Assembly: GCA_040905465.1 (NCBI GenBank)
Contig: JBBDRK010000018.1
Coordinates: 2,475-52,428, forward strand
Direction of reading: 5' to 3'
DNA: 49,954 nt
Source of the DNA: Trueperaceae bacterium
GTDB taxonomy: Bacteria; Deinococcota; Deinococci; Deinococcales; Trueperaceae
Under the pieces are notes generated by a model. That model saw only the letters and a list, made by a program, of their open reading frames with translations. It did no database searches and was not told where the DNA came from. Positions within the stretch are counted from its first letter, which is position 1. Every line of letters begins with the position of its first letter. This document shows positions 1-9,962 of this stretch, one piece after another. Made by a program: the position numbers and the translations under genes.

Positions 1-69
1 CGCCTCGATTACCTCGACGACGAAAGGGTTCTGAAGGACTTGGTCGACCAAGTCTTGATGCATCTATGA
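1..69 (+). CDS. 3' end of a truncated CDS (…RLDYLDDERVLKDLVDQVLMHL*), product unknown
   Basis: Open frame from base 1 to TGA at 67-69 with plausible codon usage; too short to identify. Confidence 0.35.
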   Translation, partial: RLDYLDDERVLKDLVDQVLMHL

Positions 70-197
70 GCGATTGTAATTCAAGCCCGTGCTCGCCAGG
101 GGGCTACTCAACCTGTTGGGCGCGACAACGAAGGAATTTCCGGGAAGGCACGACCAGCTCTTGGCGACCTGTGACGCCGTCTGCGAGCTTGGCTTAA

Positions 198-1370
198 TTA
201 CCCTCCATTGCTGAGGATGCGCAGGTATTCCTCGTATACCCAGACGCGGTTTCGTTCTTTTCCTGTTACTTCGCGCACCATCCCAAGTTCCTCTAGGGCG
301 CTTATTGATTTCAGAATGGTGGGAACGGATAGCGGCAACTGCTTCTCTGCTTCGGAAACACTAAGGAACACCTGTCGCTGCAGATATGTATGGACTTGTA
401 GTGTGCTGCCTGCGGCTCGGCCCAGGTCCTGTATTCTTCCGCGATTATGGGTGAACATTGCCACCAGCACTTGGGCGGTCGTGAACGCCTGTTGCGCTGT
501 TTCACGTACGCCTTGTAGGAAGAATTCGAGCCACTCCTCCCAGGCGCTCTCCTCCCGCACCTTCTGTAAGAGCTGGTAATACTGATCGCGGTGCTCCTTG
601 AAATAGAGACTCAGGTACAGGGTTGGTTCCTCCAATACGCCTTCGGTGTAGAGCAAGAGCGTAATTAGTAGTCGGCCAAGTCGTCCGTTGCCGTCGAGAA
701 ATGGATGGATAGTTTCGAACTGAACGTGCGCAAGTGCAGCTTTTATGAGGGAAGGTGTTCGCCCATAGGTGTCGTGCAGGAAGTGCTCGAGGTTGCTCAC
801 GAGATCGGGGACGTAGGTGTGCGGAGGGGGAACAAATCGGGCATTACCGGGCCGGCCACCTCCAAGCCAGTTTTGAGAAGTTCTGAACTCCCCCGGTTGT
901 TTCTCGCTTCCACGTCCAGATCTCATCAGGACGGAGTGAAGTTCCTTTATCAGCCGACTGGAGAGAGGAAAGCCGTCGCGCCTAATTCGCTGTAGTCCGT
1001 GGTTCAGGGCCGCCACGTAATTGCTGACCTCAACAACGTCATCAATGGGTACACCCGGTACCTCATCCAACTCAAAGAGGAGCAGATCGGAAAGGCTGGA
1101 CTGCGTTCCCTCAATTTGGCTCGACAGCACAGCTTCCTTACGTAAGTACATGTAGATGAAGAGCCCAGTATCAGGGAGTAGTAGGGAGATCCCATCTAGC
1201 CTACCGAGCGCCCGATTCGCCTTCTCGTACACGTCATAAAGGTCGTCTGAAAGCTCGACACGCGGTTCCGGCGGTAGGTCCCGCGGTACGAACGCACGAA
1301 ACGTCTCGCCGGCGGTGGTCGAGGGAAGATAGATTCCAGAAAGTTCACGAACACGCATAGTCGCCACCAC
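198..1370 (-). CDS. Fic family protein (Fic_N + Fic domain + C-terminal HTH)
   Basis: Canonical HPFLDGNGRLGR motif; N-terminal EAVLSSQIEGTQ motif; 390 aa. Confidence 0.95.
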   Translation of the reverse strand: MVATMRVRELSGIYLPSTTAGETFRAFVPRDLPPEPRVELSDDLYDVYEKANRALGRLDGISLLLPDTGLFIYMYLRKEAVLSSQIEGTQSSLSDLLLFELDEVPGVPIDDVVEVSNYVAALNHGLQRIRRDGFPLSSRLIKELHSVLMRSGRGSEKQPGEFRTSQNWLGGGRPGNARFVPPPHTYVPDLVSNLEHFLHDTYGRTPSLIKAALAHVQFETIHPFLDGNGRLGRLLITLLLYTEGVLEEPTLYLSLYFKEHRDQYYQLLQKVREESAWEEWLEFFLQGVRETAQQAFTTAQVLVAMFTHNRGRIQDLGRAAGSTLQVHTYLQRQVFLSVSEAEKQLPLSVPTILKSISALEELGMVREVTGKERNRVWVYEEYLRILSNGG

Positions 1371-1610
1371 GTTAAGACAAGATTCTTTAGTAAGCCCAGA
1401 GGTTAGTAAAGCATATGGCCCGAACCTTTACTAGGCTTCATGGAGAACCGGTTGCGTTCCGCCGGACCGGCCACGGGCGAACCAATTTAATTCGGCTTGC
1501 GACTAATTGTGACGCGACAGCAACCCGCACGTGCCTCCACCCCTTCCCTTTTGCGGTGAAACCTGATAAATTCTATCCACTATGGCCGCTGGCCATTTAA
1601 GGAGTCCTTT

Positions 1611-2666
1611 ATGAACTGCTGCGACACCAGCCCGACCACTGCCGACCGATTCCGGAATCCGGTGGACCGCCGGACCGTGCTCAAGGGAATGGCGGGGACG
1701 GTAGCGGGACTGATACTCGGCGGTAGTGGTTTCAGTCTGGCCCAGAACCGCAAGATCCGGCTTGCCTTCTGCAGCCAGCTGCTATGCGTGGTCCCCTACG
1801 AGTTCACGCGCTCCCAGCGGTTCTTCGAGGACGAAGGTCTAGACGTCGAGTTGGTCTACACGCGGGGCGGAGGTGCGGCGTTGCAGGCGCTCGTGGGAGG
1901 AGCAGTGGAGTACGCCGCTACCTCATTCGATGCCGCGTTGCAGGCGTACAGCAACGGCGCCAAGATCCGGCGCTTCGCCACTACCGGGCGGCTGCCGCTA
2001 TTCGCATTGGCCACGGCTCCGCGCCGCGCGCAGGAGATCAACGAGTTCGCCGATCTCGCTGGCCGGACGGTGGGCGTCTCGGCGTTGGGAAACGGCGACC
2101 ACGTGCTGATGCTGTTCCTGCTCGAACGTGCCGGCGTCGACCCCGATAGCGTCGAGTTCGCCACCCTGGGCGTGAACCTCTACGACGCACTGCGCCTCGG
2201 TCAGGTGGACGCGGGCTGGGTGCAGGAGCCCTCCTTGACCCTGATCCGGGAGGCCGGCGGCGGCTTGCTGTTCAACGGCATGGACCTCGATCATGCCCGG
2301 CAGTACCTGGGCGGAGCCTACGAGTTCATGGGCGTGTCCGTGCGCGCGGACGAGCTCGAGCAGCGCACGGAAGAGATGCAGGCGCTTGGCCGCGCGCTGA
2401 GTCAGGGCCTGGTTGCCCTCAAGCAGGTGCCGGCGTCCGAGGTCGTGGCGGCGCTGCCCTCGGAGCTGGTAGCGGGCGGAAACCTCGCACAGCTCGAACA
2501 GATTCTCGAGGAACACCGTGACTCGCTCTATCCCGACACCGTGACGATCGATGTCAGCGCCGTCGAGCGGGTAGTCGAGTCCCAGCGGACCGCCGGTCTG
2601 CTCGAGCAGCCGGTGGACCTGAACGAACTGCTGGCCACCGGCGTGGTCGGAGGTAGCGGTGGCTGA
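1611..2666 (+). CDS. ABC transporter substrate-binding protein, NMT1/THI5/SsuA-like, Tat-exported
   Basis: RBS AAGGAG; twin-arginine signal DRRTVLK; FFEDEGLDVELV and LAGRTVGVS motifs; first gene of an ABC operon. Confidence 0.9.
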   Translation: MNCCDTSPTTADRFRNPVDRRTVLKGMAGTVAGLILGGSGFSLAQNRKIRLAFCSQLLCVVPYEFTRSQRFFEDEGLDVELVYTRGGGAALQALVGGAVEYAATSFDAALQAYSNGAKIRRFATTGRLPLFALATAPRRAQEINEFADLAGRTVGVSALGNGDHVLMLFLLERAGVDPDSVEFATLGVNLYDALRLGQVDAGWVQEPSLTLIREAGGGLLFNGMDLDHARQYLGGAYEFMGVSVRADELEQRTEEMQALGRALSQGLVALKQVPASEVVAALPSELVAGGNLAQLEQILEEHRDSLYPDTVTIDVSAVERVVESQRTAGLLEQPVDLNELLATGVVGGSGG

Positions 2667-3423
2667 TCCGATGCTGAGGGTCAGCGGCCTGACCCTCGGA
2701 TACGGTGGCGAGCCGGTATTGGCGGGTGTCGATCTGAGCGTCGCCACCGGCGAGTTCGCCAGCCTGGTGGGACCGTCGGGCTCGGGCAAGAGCTCGGTAT
2801 TGCGGGCCATTACCAACCTGCAGAAGCCGGAGGCCGGCGACATCGACCTGGGGATCGACAGCGAGCACTTGGGCATCCTCTTCCAGGACGACGCGCTGCT
2901 CCCCTGGCGCACGGTCCTCCAGAATGTGGCGCTGGGCCTGCTCATTCGCGGCACCGGTAAGGCGGCGGCAAACGAGCGGGCCGATACCTGGCTGCAGCGC
3001 CTGGGGCTGGAGGGCCTGAGCGACCGCTTCCCTCGCCAACTGTCCGGGGGTCAGCGAAAGCGGGTGGCTCTGGCTCAGGTGCTCGCGCTGCAGCCGCGTC
3101 TCCTGCTGATGGACGAGCCCTTCGCCTCGCTCGACGCCATCGTGCGCAGGCGCATTACCGAGGACCTGCTGCGCTGGGTGGAACGCGAAAGGCTGACGGT
3201 GCTGATGGTCACGCACGACCTCGAGGAGGCCCTGAGCCTGTCTGACACCGTGCACCTGCTGTCACGCGGCCCTCGCGCTCATGTCAGGGAGAGTTACCAG
3301 GTTCCGATTCCGCGGCCGCGCGATCTCGTCGAGGTACGCGCCCACCCTGCCTTCACGCCGCTCTTGCGAAAGCTGTGGGACGGCCTGGCGGACGAGGTCG
3401 AGCCGAGGCTGGTGACGGCGTGA
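2659..3423 (+). CDS. ABC transporter ATP-binding protein (TauB/SsuB-like)
   Basis: Walker A GPSGSGKS, signature LSGGQ, Walker B LLLMDEP, VTHD. Confidence 0.95.
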   Translation: MADPMLRVSGLTLGYGGEPVLAGVDLSVATGEFASLVGPSGSGKSSVLRAITNLQKPEAGDIDLGIDSEHLGILFQDDALLPWRTVLQNVALGLLIRGTGKAAANERADTWLQRLGLEGLSDRFPRQLSGGQRKRVALAQVLALQPRLLLMDEPFASLDAIVRRRITEDLLRWVERERLTVLMVTHDLEEALSLSDTVHLLSRGPRAHVRESYQVPIPRPRDLVEVRAHPAFTPLLRKLWDGLADEVEPRLVTA

Positions 3424-4178
3424 TCGCCGGCGCCCCCGTCTTTCTCCGGCGGCTGGTCGCCAGCATGGTGCTGCTCGGCACCTGGGAAGCGCTCTCCCGG
3501 TTCGGCGTGTTCGACCCGTTCTTCATGCCGGCGCCCTCGCGCGTAGCTAGCGTGATGGCCGGGCTGTTCGCCGATGGCAGCATCTGGCGCCATCTCGAGG
3601 CCACCTTCGTTGCAGCGCTCGGCGGCCTGCTGCTGGGCCTGCTGATCGGGGCCCTGATCGGCTTCCTGGCCGCACTGGTTCCGGTGCTCTCCGAGTTGCT
3701 GGAGCCGGTAATGATCCTGCTCAACGCCATCCCGCGTGTGGTTCTGGCCCCGCTGTTCGTCATCTGGCTGGGAATCGGCCTGGCTTCCAAGGTCGCTCTT
3801 GCGTTCGTTCTGGTCGCGGTGCTCACGTTCTTCGCGGTCTACAACGGTATCCGCGAGGTGGACATGCGGCTGGTCGAGCGGGTTCGCACGCTTGGCGGCG
3901 GCACCTGGACGCTGGTGCGGCAGGTCTACCTGCCGTCGGTGACGTCTTGGGTGCTCAGCAACCTGCGCGTAGCCGTGGGCTTCGCCTTCACCGGCGCGGT
4001 AGTGGGCGAGTTCGTGGCGGCAAGCCGCGGACTGGGTTACCTGCTGTCGTTCGCCCAGAGCCAGTTCAACGCGGCCCTCACCATCGCCCTGATCCTGCTG
4101 ATCATGGTCTTCGTCCTGATGCTCTTTGCCCTTGCGGGGGCAGTGGAGCGTCGCCTGCTCGCGTGGAGGTATCGATGA
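3420..4178 (+). CDS. ABC transporter permease (TauC/SsuC-like)
   Basis: Hydrophobic helices; GAVVGEF..SRGLGY motif; GTG start overlaps the upstream TGA. Confidence 0.9.
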   Translation: MIAGAPVFLRRLVASMVLLGTWEALSRFGVFDPFFMPAPSRVASVMAGLFADGSIWRHLEATFVAALGGLLLGLLIGALIGFLAALVPVLSELLEPVMILLNAIPRVVLAPLFVIWLGIGLASKVALAFVLVAVLTFFAVYNGIREVDMRLVERVRTLGGGTWTLVRQVYLPSVTSWVLSNLRVAVGFAFTGAVVGEFVAASRGLGYLLSFAQSQFNAALTIALILLIMVFVLMLFALAGAVERRLLAWRYR

Positions 4179-4543
4179 AAGTAGCCTACGTCTTCTCAAC
4201 TTCGGGTCACACCGCCAGTTACAAGCTCGGCAAGATGATCCTTCCTCAGCTCGAGGAGAACCGCCACGGTGCCGACGTCGTCGGCATGTTCTTCTTCGAC
4301 GACAACACCTTCGCGTTGCGGCAGGGTGACCCGCTCGGTGAACGACTCAGCAAGGTAGCTAGGGAGAAGGGAATCCTGCTGATGTTGTGTGACCAGTGCG
4401 CTCAGGAGCGCCACCTGGCGACTGCGGACGGTAAGGGCGGGTTGGTCGCGTCGGGTGCTGTAGAAGGGGTGCAGGTGGGGTGCTTCCCGGACCTCTACGG
4501 CGCCTTGGCAGGCAATCCGCCGGATCAGGTGATCACCCTCTAG
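4175..4543 (+). CDS. DsrE-like sulfur-relay protein (SaoD/DsrE family)
   Basis: Start placed at ATG 4175 (ATGA overlap); MKVAYVFST..MILPQLE..GMFFFDDN..CDQCA..GCFPDLY pattern. Confidence 0.75.
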   Translation: MKVAYVFSTSGHTASYKLGKMILPQLEENRHGADVVGMFFFDDNTFALRQGDPLGERLSKVAREKGILLMLCDQCAQERHLATADGKGGLVASGAVEGVQVGCFPDLYGALAGNPPDQVITL

Positions 4544-4816
4544 CCGGCCGGGCCGTTGCGGCGTGCGCCAGGATTGTCGGGGTGTGAGTCGCCGCGGCGC
4601 AAGGCGGGTTCACCGGGCTTCGATCCGCCGCGACTCAGACTGCTGCTGCGCGAGACAGCGACTCGCCGTAGCCGCCGTGCGATAGCACCCGATGCCGCTC
4701 GCGTCTCCCGGCGCTCCTGGAACAGTTCGTGCAGCGATTTGGGCTTCATGCCACAGGTTAGGCCAGCCGATGCGGATCGACCGTGCCGCTTGCACCGTCC
4801 GGGTTCTCGTCGGCCG

Positions 4817-5323
4817 CTAAGACTCGTTGTCGTCCGGACTCACCGGGTCGGGTTGCTCCTCGCTCACCCGGCCGGGGTGAATCGCCGCCAGGTAAAAGTT
4901 TTCTCCCGGGATCGGCGAGCCGGCCATCCTGCGGAGCATCGCCAGCTGACCGACGTGTGCCATGGCGTCCGAGAGCGGCCCTTGCAGGAGTCGGCGGATT
5001 CGCTCCGAATCGCCTCCGCGGCCTTGCGAGAGGAGGCCGTCGATGTCGGCAAGGGTGGCATGAACCTGCTCGACCTCGCCTGGCCAGTCGAGCCGCGGGT
5101 GATGGTGCCGGTAGTCGACTCGCCCGGTTCGAAGGACCTCGCGGCCATAGCCGAGTACTCCGTTGATGTGATGCACGATTGCGAGCGGCGCACGGATGCC
5201 GTGTCCGGCATCGAGTATTGCGAAGCGCTCGGGGGCGCCCGCCACCGCCTTGTGGAAACGGTAGGCGAGGGCGGCCAGGAAGTGGCGCGCGAGAGCGCTC
5301 TCATCTCTCACCGGACGGCCCAC
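4817..5323 (-). CDS. DinB-like four-helix-bundle protein
   Basis: IVHHI..; C-terminal DAMAHVGQLAMLRRMAGSPI typical of the DinB/YfiT superfamily; start uncertain. Confidence 0.65.
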   Translation of the reverse strand: MGRPVRDESALARHFLAALAYRFHKAVAGAPERFAILDAGHGIRAPLAIVHHINGVLGYGREVLRTGRVDYRHHHPRLDWPGEVEQVHATLADIDGLLSQGRGGDSERIRRLLQGPLSDAMAHVGQLAMLRRMAGSPIPGENFYLAAIHPGRVSEEQPDPVSPDDNES

Positions 5324-5513
5324 CGGAACGGCAGCGGTTTCCCGTCCGTCACCGTGACGCGGCTGTCACCGAGTCGTCTTGCTTGCGTCAACTTCACAAG
5401 GCGAGTCTAGTTGAGATTAAGTGGCCTCGCCCCGAAGTCGCAGGAGGTCTTCAAGTGTTTTCGTGTTGGTGAAGCCGGCGCCCCGCCGTGCGCCGCCAAG
5501 GGTAGAGTAGCGC

Positions 5514-5972
5514 GTGCAACTGGATGAGACGCGAGCGCTGGCTCTCAGGCTGATGCAAGAGCATGGGCTGGCAGACTGGACCTTCGGCTTCGACCGCGCC
5601 AAGCGCCGGCTGGGTGCGTGTTGGCTCCACCGTAAGCGAATCACCTTGTCACGGGACTTCGTTGCGCTCAATGATCTGACGGTGGTCCGGGACGTAGTCC
5701 TGCACGAGATAGCCCATGCACTTACGCCGGGCGACGGGCACGGCCGCGTGTTCAAGCGCAAGGCGCGCGAGCTGGGCTGCAGCGGCTCTTCGTGCATCTC
5801 CGGCTCGTCGGTCGTCTCGTCACCGCCGCGTTTCATCCTGGAGTGTCCGCACTGCGGCCGATCGTGGCCCCGCTATCGCAAGCCGGCACGCAAGCTCGCC
5901 TGTGGCGCTTGTCTTCGAAGTTCGGGGACCGCAGTGTCGCCCTTGAGCATTCGGCGCGCCGTTCCCGATTGA
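5514..5972 (+). CDS. SprT-like zinc metalloprotease domain protein
   Basis: HEIAH (HExxH), downstream HG..FK, C-terminal CPHC…CGAC zinc ribbon. Confidence 0.9.
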   Translation: MQLDETRALALRLMQEHGLADWTFGFDRAKRRLGACWLHRKRITLSRDFVALNDLTVVRDVVLHEIAHALTPGDGHGRVFKRKARELGCSGSSCISGSSVVSSPPRFILECPHCGRSWPRYRKPARKLACGACLRSSGTAVSPLSIRRAVPD

Positions 5973-6068
5973 GTTCGAAAGTGACCGCTACCGCCGCCCG
6001 GCAGCGTGCGAAACGCATCATGGAGGGCACGGCGGCTCCGGGCCTGTGCCCGCCGTCGCGGGGGGACT

Positions 6069-7241
6069 ATGCGAAAGATGCTGGCCGTTGCAGCGCTCGC
6101 GGGTCTGGCAGGGCTGATAGTCCTGCAGGCGCTGGCACTGCGCGACAGAGAGGCCGCTCCTTCGGCGGATAGGTCGGAAGCGGCGCTAGATGACACGGCG
6201 GCGGGTGCCGGATGGCAGGAACGGGTTTTGGAATCGGCCGAACGGCTGGGAATAGAGCCGGCGTTTCCTGATGGCTCGTTCATATCCGACCAGGGCGCCA
6301 CCGGCTATCAACTTGCCTACCTCATCGACAAGATGCTGGCGGCGGCGGATGAGCGTTCGCGCTGCGTCGAAGCCGACTTCGGATATCCTGACCCCACCTT
6401 CAGATTCGAGGATATGCCCGAGGACCACTGGGCAAGGCCGGCGGTCGAGCGGGCGGCCCGGCTGGGGGTACGCGATGCGTTTCCGGAAGGAGAGTTCGAC
6501 GGCAGCGAGTACCTCAGCGGCTTTCAGGCGTTGATGCTGGTAACCCGAGCGATGGAAACGGTCGACACCCGGCTGCTGTGTGGCGCCGTTGCGGGCGGTG
6601 GCGCGGCCGGCGCAGCGGCGGCCGAAGGAGTGCAGCCGGCGAGCAAGAGCCTGGAGATCGGGGGCCAGGCACTGCTAGAGCTGCAGGAGCGGCTCGAGCA
6701 GAGCCTCTTCGCTCGTCTGGATACGCGGCTGGCGGAGATGCGGCCCGAGCTGTCGGCGGAGATACGCCGAGCCCTTAGCGCGCAGGTGGAGGATCTGGTG
6801 GCAAGCTCTGTGCCGGACCGCTCGGGCGTGCCCGGGCCGCCGGGCCCGCCAGGAGAACCCGGCCCGCAAGGGGAACCGGGTCCGCCTGGCCCAGAAGGCG
6901 TGCCGGGTACAGAGGGACCTCCGGGACCGCAAGGCGCGCCCGGTCCCGAAGGTCCAGCCGGCCCAGAAGGGGCTCAGGGCCCGCAAGGCGTCCCGGGCCC
7001 GGAAGGCCCGGCCGGCCCGCCAGGGCCCGCAGGGGACGAGGGACCTTCGGGACCACGAGGAGAACCCGGTCCGGCTGGACCGCCGGGCGAACAGGGACCG
7101 CAGGGTGCCCCCGGCGATGACGGCAAGGACGGACGAGACGGGAAGGACGGAAAAGGCGGGAAGGACGGCGTGCCGACGCCGGACCGCGACAGAGACCGAG
7201 ACCGCGATGATGACAAAGACGACGATGACAAAGACGATTGA
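6069..7241 (+). CDS. Secreted SLH-domain protein with coiled segment, collagen-like triple helix and acidic tail
   Basis: Signal peptide [12 protein letters not shown]…; SLH-like [21 protein letters not shown]…FPEGEFDG plus a second degenerate copy; 39 G-X-Y triplets; DR/DK-rich end. Confidence 0.85.
   Translation: MRKMLAVAALAGLAGLIVLQALALRDREAAPSADRSEAALDDTAAGAGWQERVLESAERLGIEPAFPDGSFISDQGATGYQLAYLIDKMLAAADERSRCVEADFGYPDPTFRFEDMPEDHWARPAVERAARLGVRDAFPEGEFDGSEYLSGFQALMLVTRAMETVDTRLLCGAVAGGGAAGAAAAEGVQPASKSLEIGGQALLELQERLEQSLFARLDTRLAEMRPELSAEIRRALSAQVEDLVASSVPDRSGVPGPPGPPGEPGPQGEPGPPGPEGVPGTEGPPGPQGAPGPEGPAGPEGAQGPQGVPGPEGPAGPPGPAGDEGPSGPRGEPGPAGPPGEQGPQGAPGDDGKDGRDGKDGKGGKDGVPTPDRDRDRDRDDDKDDDDKDD
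6825..7175 (+). repeat. Collagen-like (Gly-X-Y)39 coding repeat
   Basis: Uninterrupted G-X-Y from GVP GPP GPP to GKD GVP. Confidence 0.9.
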
Positions 7242-7268
7242 GTCGCGAGCGGGCCCCGGCGGGACCGC

Positions 7269-8531
7269 TCAGGCGCACCAGTCCAGGGCGGCCAGCGCCA
7301 GTACCTTTGTAACCGCCCGTACGCTCTCCAGGTCGACCCACTCGTCAGGAGCGTGCAGGGCGCCGCCGAGCGGGCCGTAACAGGTTGCCGGGATTCCGTG
7401 ATAGAGATTGAAGAAGCGGACATCGGTGGTGGCGGTGCTCACCAGGTACTCGGGCGCACCGCCCGTGACCGCGCGGTGCGCTTGCGCCAGGGAGGCGAAT
7501 ATCGGTTCGTCCCTCTCCAGCACGCAGCCCTCGGCCAGGAAGCCGAAGAACGCGATGTCAGGCGGGTTCTTCGCCAACCAAGGGTCGCGCTGGGAGACGG
7601 CCAGCAGGTAGGACGCGAAGTCCGACTGCGCCGCCGCCAGGTCCGCGCCCGGAAACGCCGACAGCCGCACCTCGAAAATGCACTCCGACGGGACAGACGA
7701 CGGCCATTCGCCGCCTCTGATGGTGCCGACGTTGAAGTTGAGGGGATGCTGCAGTTCCGCGAACTGCGGCGGCCTGCCGGTTCTGCCGTTGACGTCGAGC
7801 TCCAGTTCACGAACCGCGTCGATCAGCCGCCCGGCCTTCACGATTGCGTTGACGGCCTTGTCGGCACCGAGCACGTGAGCGCCCGCACCGCGCACCCGCA
7901 CCCGCGCCCACAGCACCCCCACCTGAGCCTCCAACATCGTATGACCGAACGGTTCGGGAATTATGGCGGCGTCGGCGCCGGGACCGCGCTGGAGAGCGGC
8001 CAGCGTTCCGTTGCCGGTGCACTCCTCCTCCAACACCGTTTGCAGGTGAATATCGCCGCGCACCGTCGCGTTTGCCTCCCGCAACGCCCTGACGGCGTAG
8101 ACCATCGCCGCGATACCAGACTTCATGTCGGCGGCGCCCCGCCCGTACATCCGCCCGCCTGAGACCTCGCCTCCCCAGGGGTCGCGCGTCCAGAACGACT
8201 CGGGTGCGGCCGGAACCACGTCGATGTGGCCGTTGAAGATGAGCGAGCGTCCGCCTTTGCCGCTACCGCGCCAGGCGGCAGACAGATTGGGCCGGCCGAC
8301 GTAAGACCAGTCCGCCGGCGAGTAGCCGGGAGAGTCGCTGATTGCCTCGTGATCGATCTCCCACAACTCGGGCTCGAGCCCGAAGTCGCTCATCTCGGCG
8401 GCCACCCGCTCCTGAGCCGCGGCCTCGTTGCCGCGCAGGCTCGGCGTCCGCACCAGATCGCCGATGAAGTCCAGTTGCGCTCCCCAGTTCCGGTCGACCT
8501 GCTCGAGGATCGCCGCTGTTAGCTTTGTCAT
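7269..8531 (-). CDS. ArgE/DapE family (M20) deacylase, YodQ-like
   Basis: NGHIDVV, GRGAADMKSG, EEECTGNG, H-x-x-DE motifs. Confidence 0.92.
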   Translation of the reverse strand: MTKLTAAILEQVDRNWGAQLDFIGDLVRTPSLRGNEAAAQERVAAEMSDFGLEPELWEIDHEAISDSPGYSPADWSYVGRPNLSAAWRGSGKGGRSLIFNGHIDVVPAAPESFWTRDPWGGEVSGGRMYGRGAADMKSGIAAMVYAVRALREANATVRGDIHLQTVLEEECTGNGTLAALQRGPGADAAIIPEPFGHTMLEAQVGVLWARVRVRGAGAHVLGADKAVNAIVKAGRLIDAVRELELDVNGRTGRPPQFAELQHPLNFNVGTIRGGEWPSSVPSECIFEVRLSAFPGADLAAAQSDFASYLLAVSQRDPWLAKNPPDIAFFGFLAEGCVLERDEPIFASLAQAHRAVTGGAPEYLVSTATTDVRFFNLYHGIPATCYGPLGGALHAPDEWVDLESVRAVTKVLALAALDWCA

Positions 8532-9223
8532 CGATCCTCCCCTCCGGCACCCTCCGACGCCTGCGCCGTGGTGGGCGCCATGCTCCCGAGCGGGTCGGCC
8601 ACCCGCACCCGGCAGGGGGTACGCCTGAGCACCTCGTCGGCCGTCAGTCCCGGCACTACCTCTTGCAGCAGCAGACCGTCGTCGGTGACGGCGAACATGC
8701 CGAGGTCGGTGATCACGATATCTACCGCGCGCGCCGCAGTAAGCGGGATGGTGCAGCTGGGCAGGAGCTTGGGTTGGCCGTCCCGGGTTTCGTGGCGGGT
8801 GAGCACGATGGTTCGACGAGCCTTACCGGCCAACTCCATGCTGCCGCCCATGCCCGGGCTGAACCTGCCGGGTATCTTCCAACTCGCCAGATCCCCCTGC
8901 TCGCTCACCTGCAGCGCCCCCAACACGGCCGTGGTGAGCCGCCCCCCGCGTATCGCGGCGAACGCGGTCGCGCTGTCGAAGTACGAACCGTGCGAGAGAA
9001 GCGTCACTGGCTGTCCGCCTGCGTTGATAACGTCCGCGTCCTCGCGGTCGGCCCTCGGTCGGGGCCCGATCCCGGCAACGCCATTCTCCGCGAAGAACGT
9101 GACCCGCTGATCGTCGGTTACGTACTCGGCTACCTGGGTGGGCAGACCGATGCCGAGGGCGACGACCTCGCCGAACGACAGGAGGCGCGCCGCCCGTCTG
9201 GCCATCTGCTCTTGCACCTGCAC
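8528..9223 (-). CDS. 3-oxoacid CoA-transferase subunit B (YodR/ScoB-like)
   Basis: LGIGLPT, AENG, GMGGSMEL motifs; start placed at GTG 9223 after GAGAGG. Confidence 0.9.
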   Translation of the reverse strand: MQVQEQMARRAARLLSFGEVVALGIGLPTQVAEYVTDDQRVTFFAENGVAGIGPRPRADREDADVINAGGQPVTLLSHGSYFDSATAFAAIRGGRLTTAVLGALQVSEQGDLASWKIPGRFSPGMGGSMELAGKARRTIVLTRHETRDGQPKLLPSCTIPLTAARAVDIVITDLGMFAVTDDGLLLQEVVPGLTADEVLRRTPCRVRVADPLGSMAPTTAQASEGAGGEDR

Positions 9224-9248
9224 TACGACACCTCTCACGTCTTCGGTC

Positions 9249-9962
9249 TCAGGTCTTCGGAACCGGCACTCGCTCCGGTTTCGTACTGCCGCCGACCACA
9301 TAGTCGACGAACACGCCGGGAGTGTGAACCAGGTCGGCGGCGACCTCGCCGCACGCAACCAGGTTGCGGACTTCGGCGATCACGACGTCGGCCGCAGTTG
9401 CGACCAGGGGATTGAAGTTGCGGGCGCTGGCGGGGTAGACGAGATTACCGTACTCATCACCGTACTCGGCCAGCACTATGGCCAGAGGCGCCCGGATCGC
9501 TGGCTCGATGCGGTAGCGCCGGCCGTCGACCTCGGCGTGCGGCCCGTCGGCGTCGATCTCGGTGCCCGCCCCTACGTCTGTCAAGATCCCTCCCAATCCG
9601 GCGCCTCCTGCGCGAATACGCTCGGCCAACGTTCCCTGGGGAACGAACTCGACCTCCAGCGTACCGGCGTTCATCTGCTCGATTGCGGTCGGGTTGGAGC
9701 CGATGTGGGAAGCGACCAGCTTGCTGACTCGCTGCTCGGCGATGAGCCGCCCCACGCCGTACGACGGGTAGCCGCTGTCGTTACCGATCAGCGTGAGATC
9801 TCGGACGCCGCTCTGCAGCAGCGCTTCGACGAGGAGCGGCGGGGTGCCGATGCTGCCGAAGCCGCCGAACATGAGCGACATTCCGTCCCGGAACAGGTCG
9901 CTTACCTGTTCCATCGCCAGCACCTTGCGGAAGCGGCCGCTGCCGACGGGTCCGGAGTTCAT
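9249..9962 (-). CDS. CoA-transferase subunit A (YodS/ScoA-like)
   Basis: DGMSLMFGGFG..GTP, PQGTLAERIRAGGAG, ARNFNP motifs. Confidence 0.93.
   Translation of the reverse strand: MNSGPVGSGRFRKVLAMEQVSDLFRDGMSLMFGGFGSIGTPPLLVEALLQSGVRDLTLIGNDSGYPSYGVGRLIAEQRVSKLVASHIGSNPTAIEQMNAGTLEVEFVPQGTLAERIRAGGAGLGGILTDVGAGTEIDADGPHAEVDGRRYRIEPAIRAPLAIVLAEYGDEYGNLVYPASARNFNPLVATAADVVIAEVRNLVACGEVAADLVHTPGVFVDYVVGGSTKPERVPVPKT

Noticed and set aside
1611-4543. Selenoprotein (UGA read-through) in the Sao-like operon
   Set aside because: The TGA codons are ordinary stops overlapping the next start; the proteins appear full length
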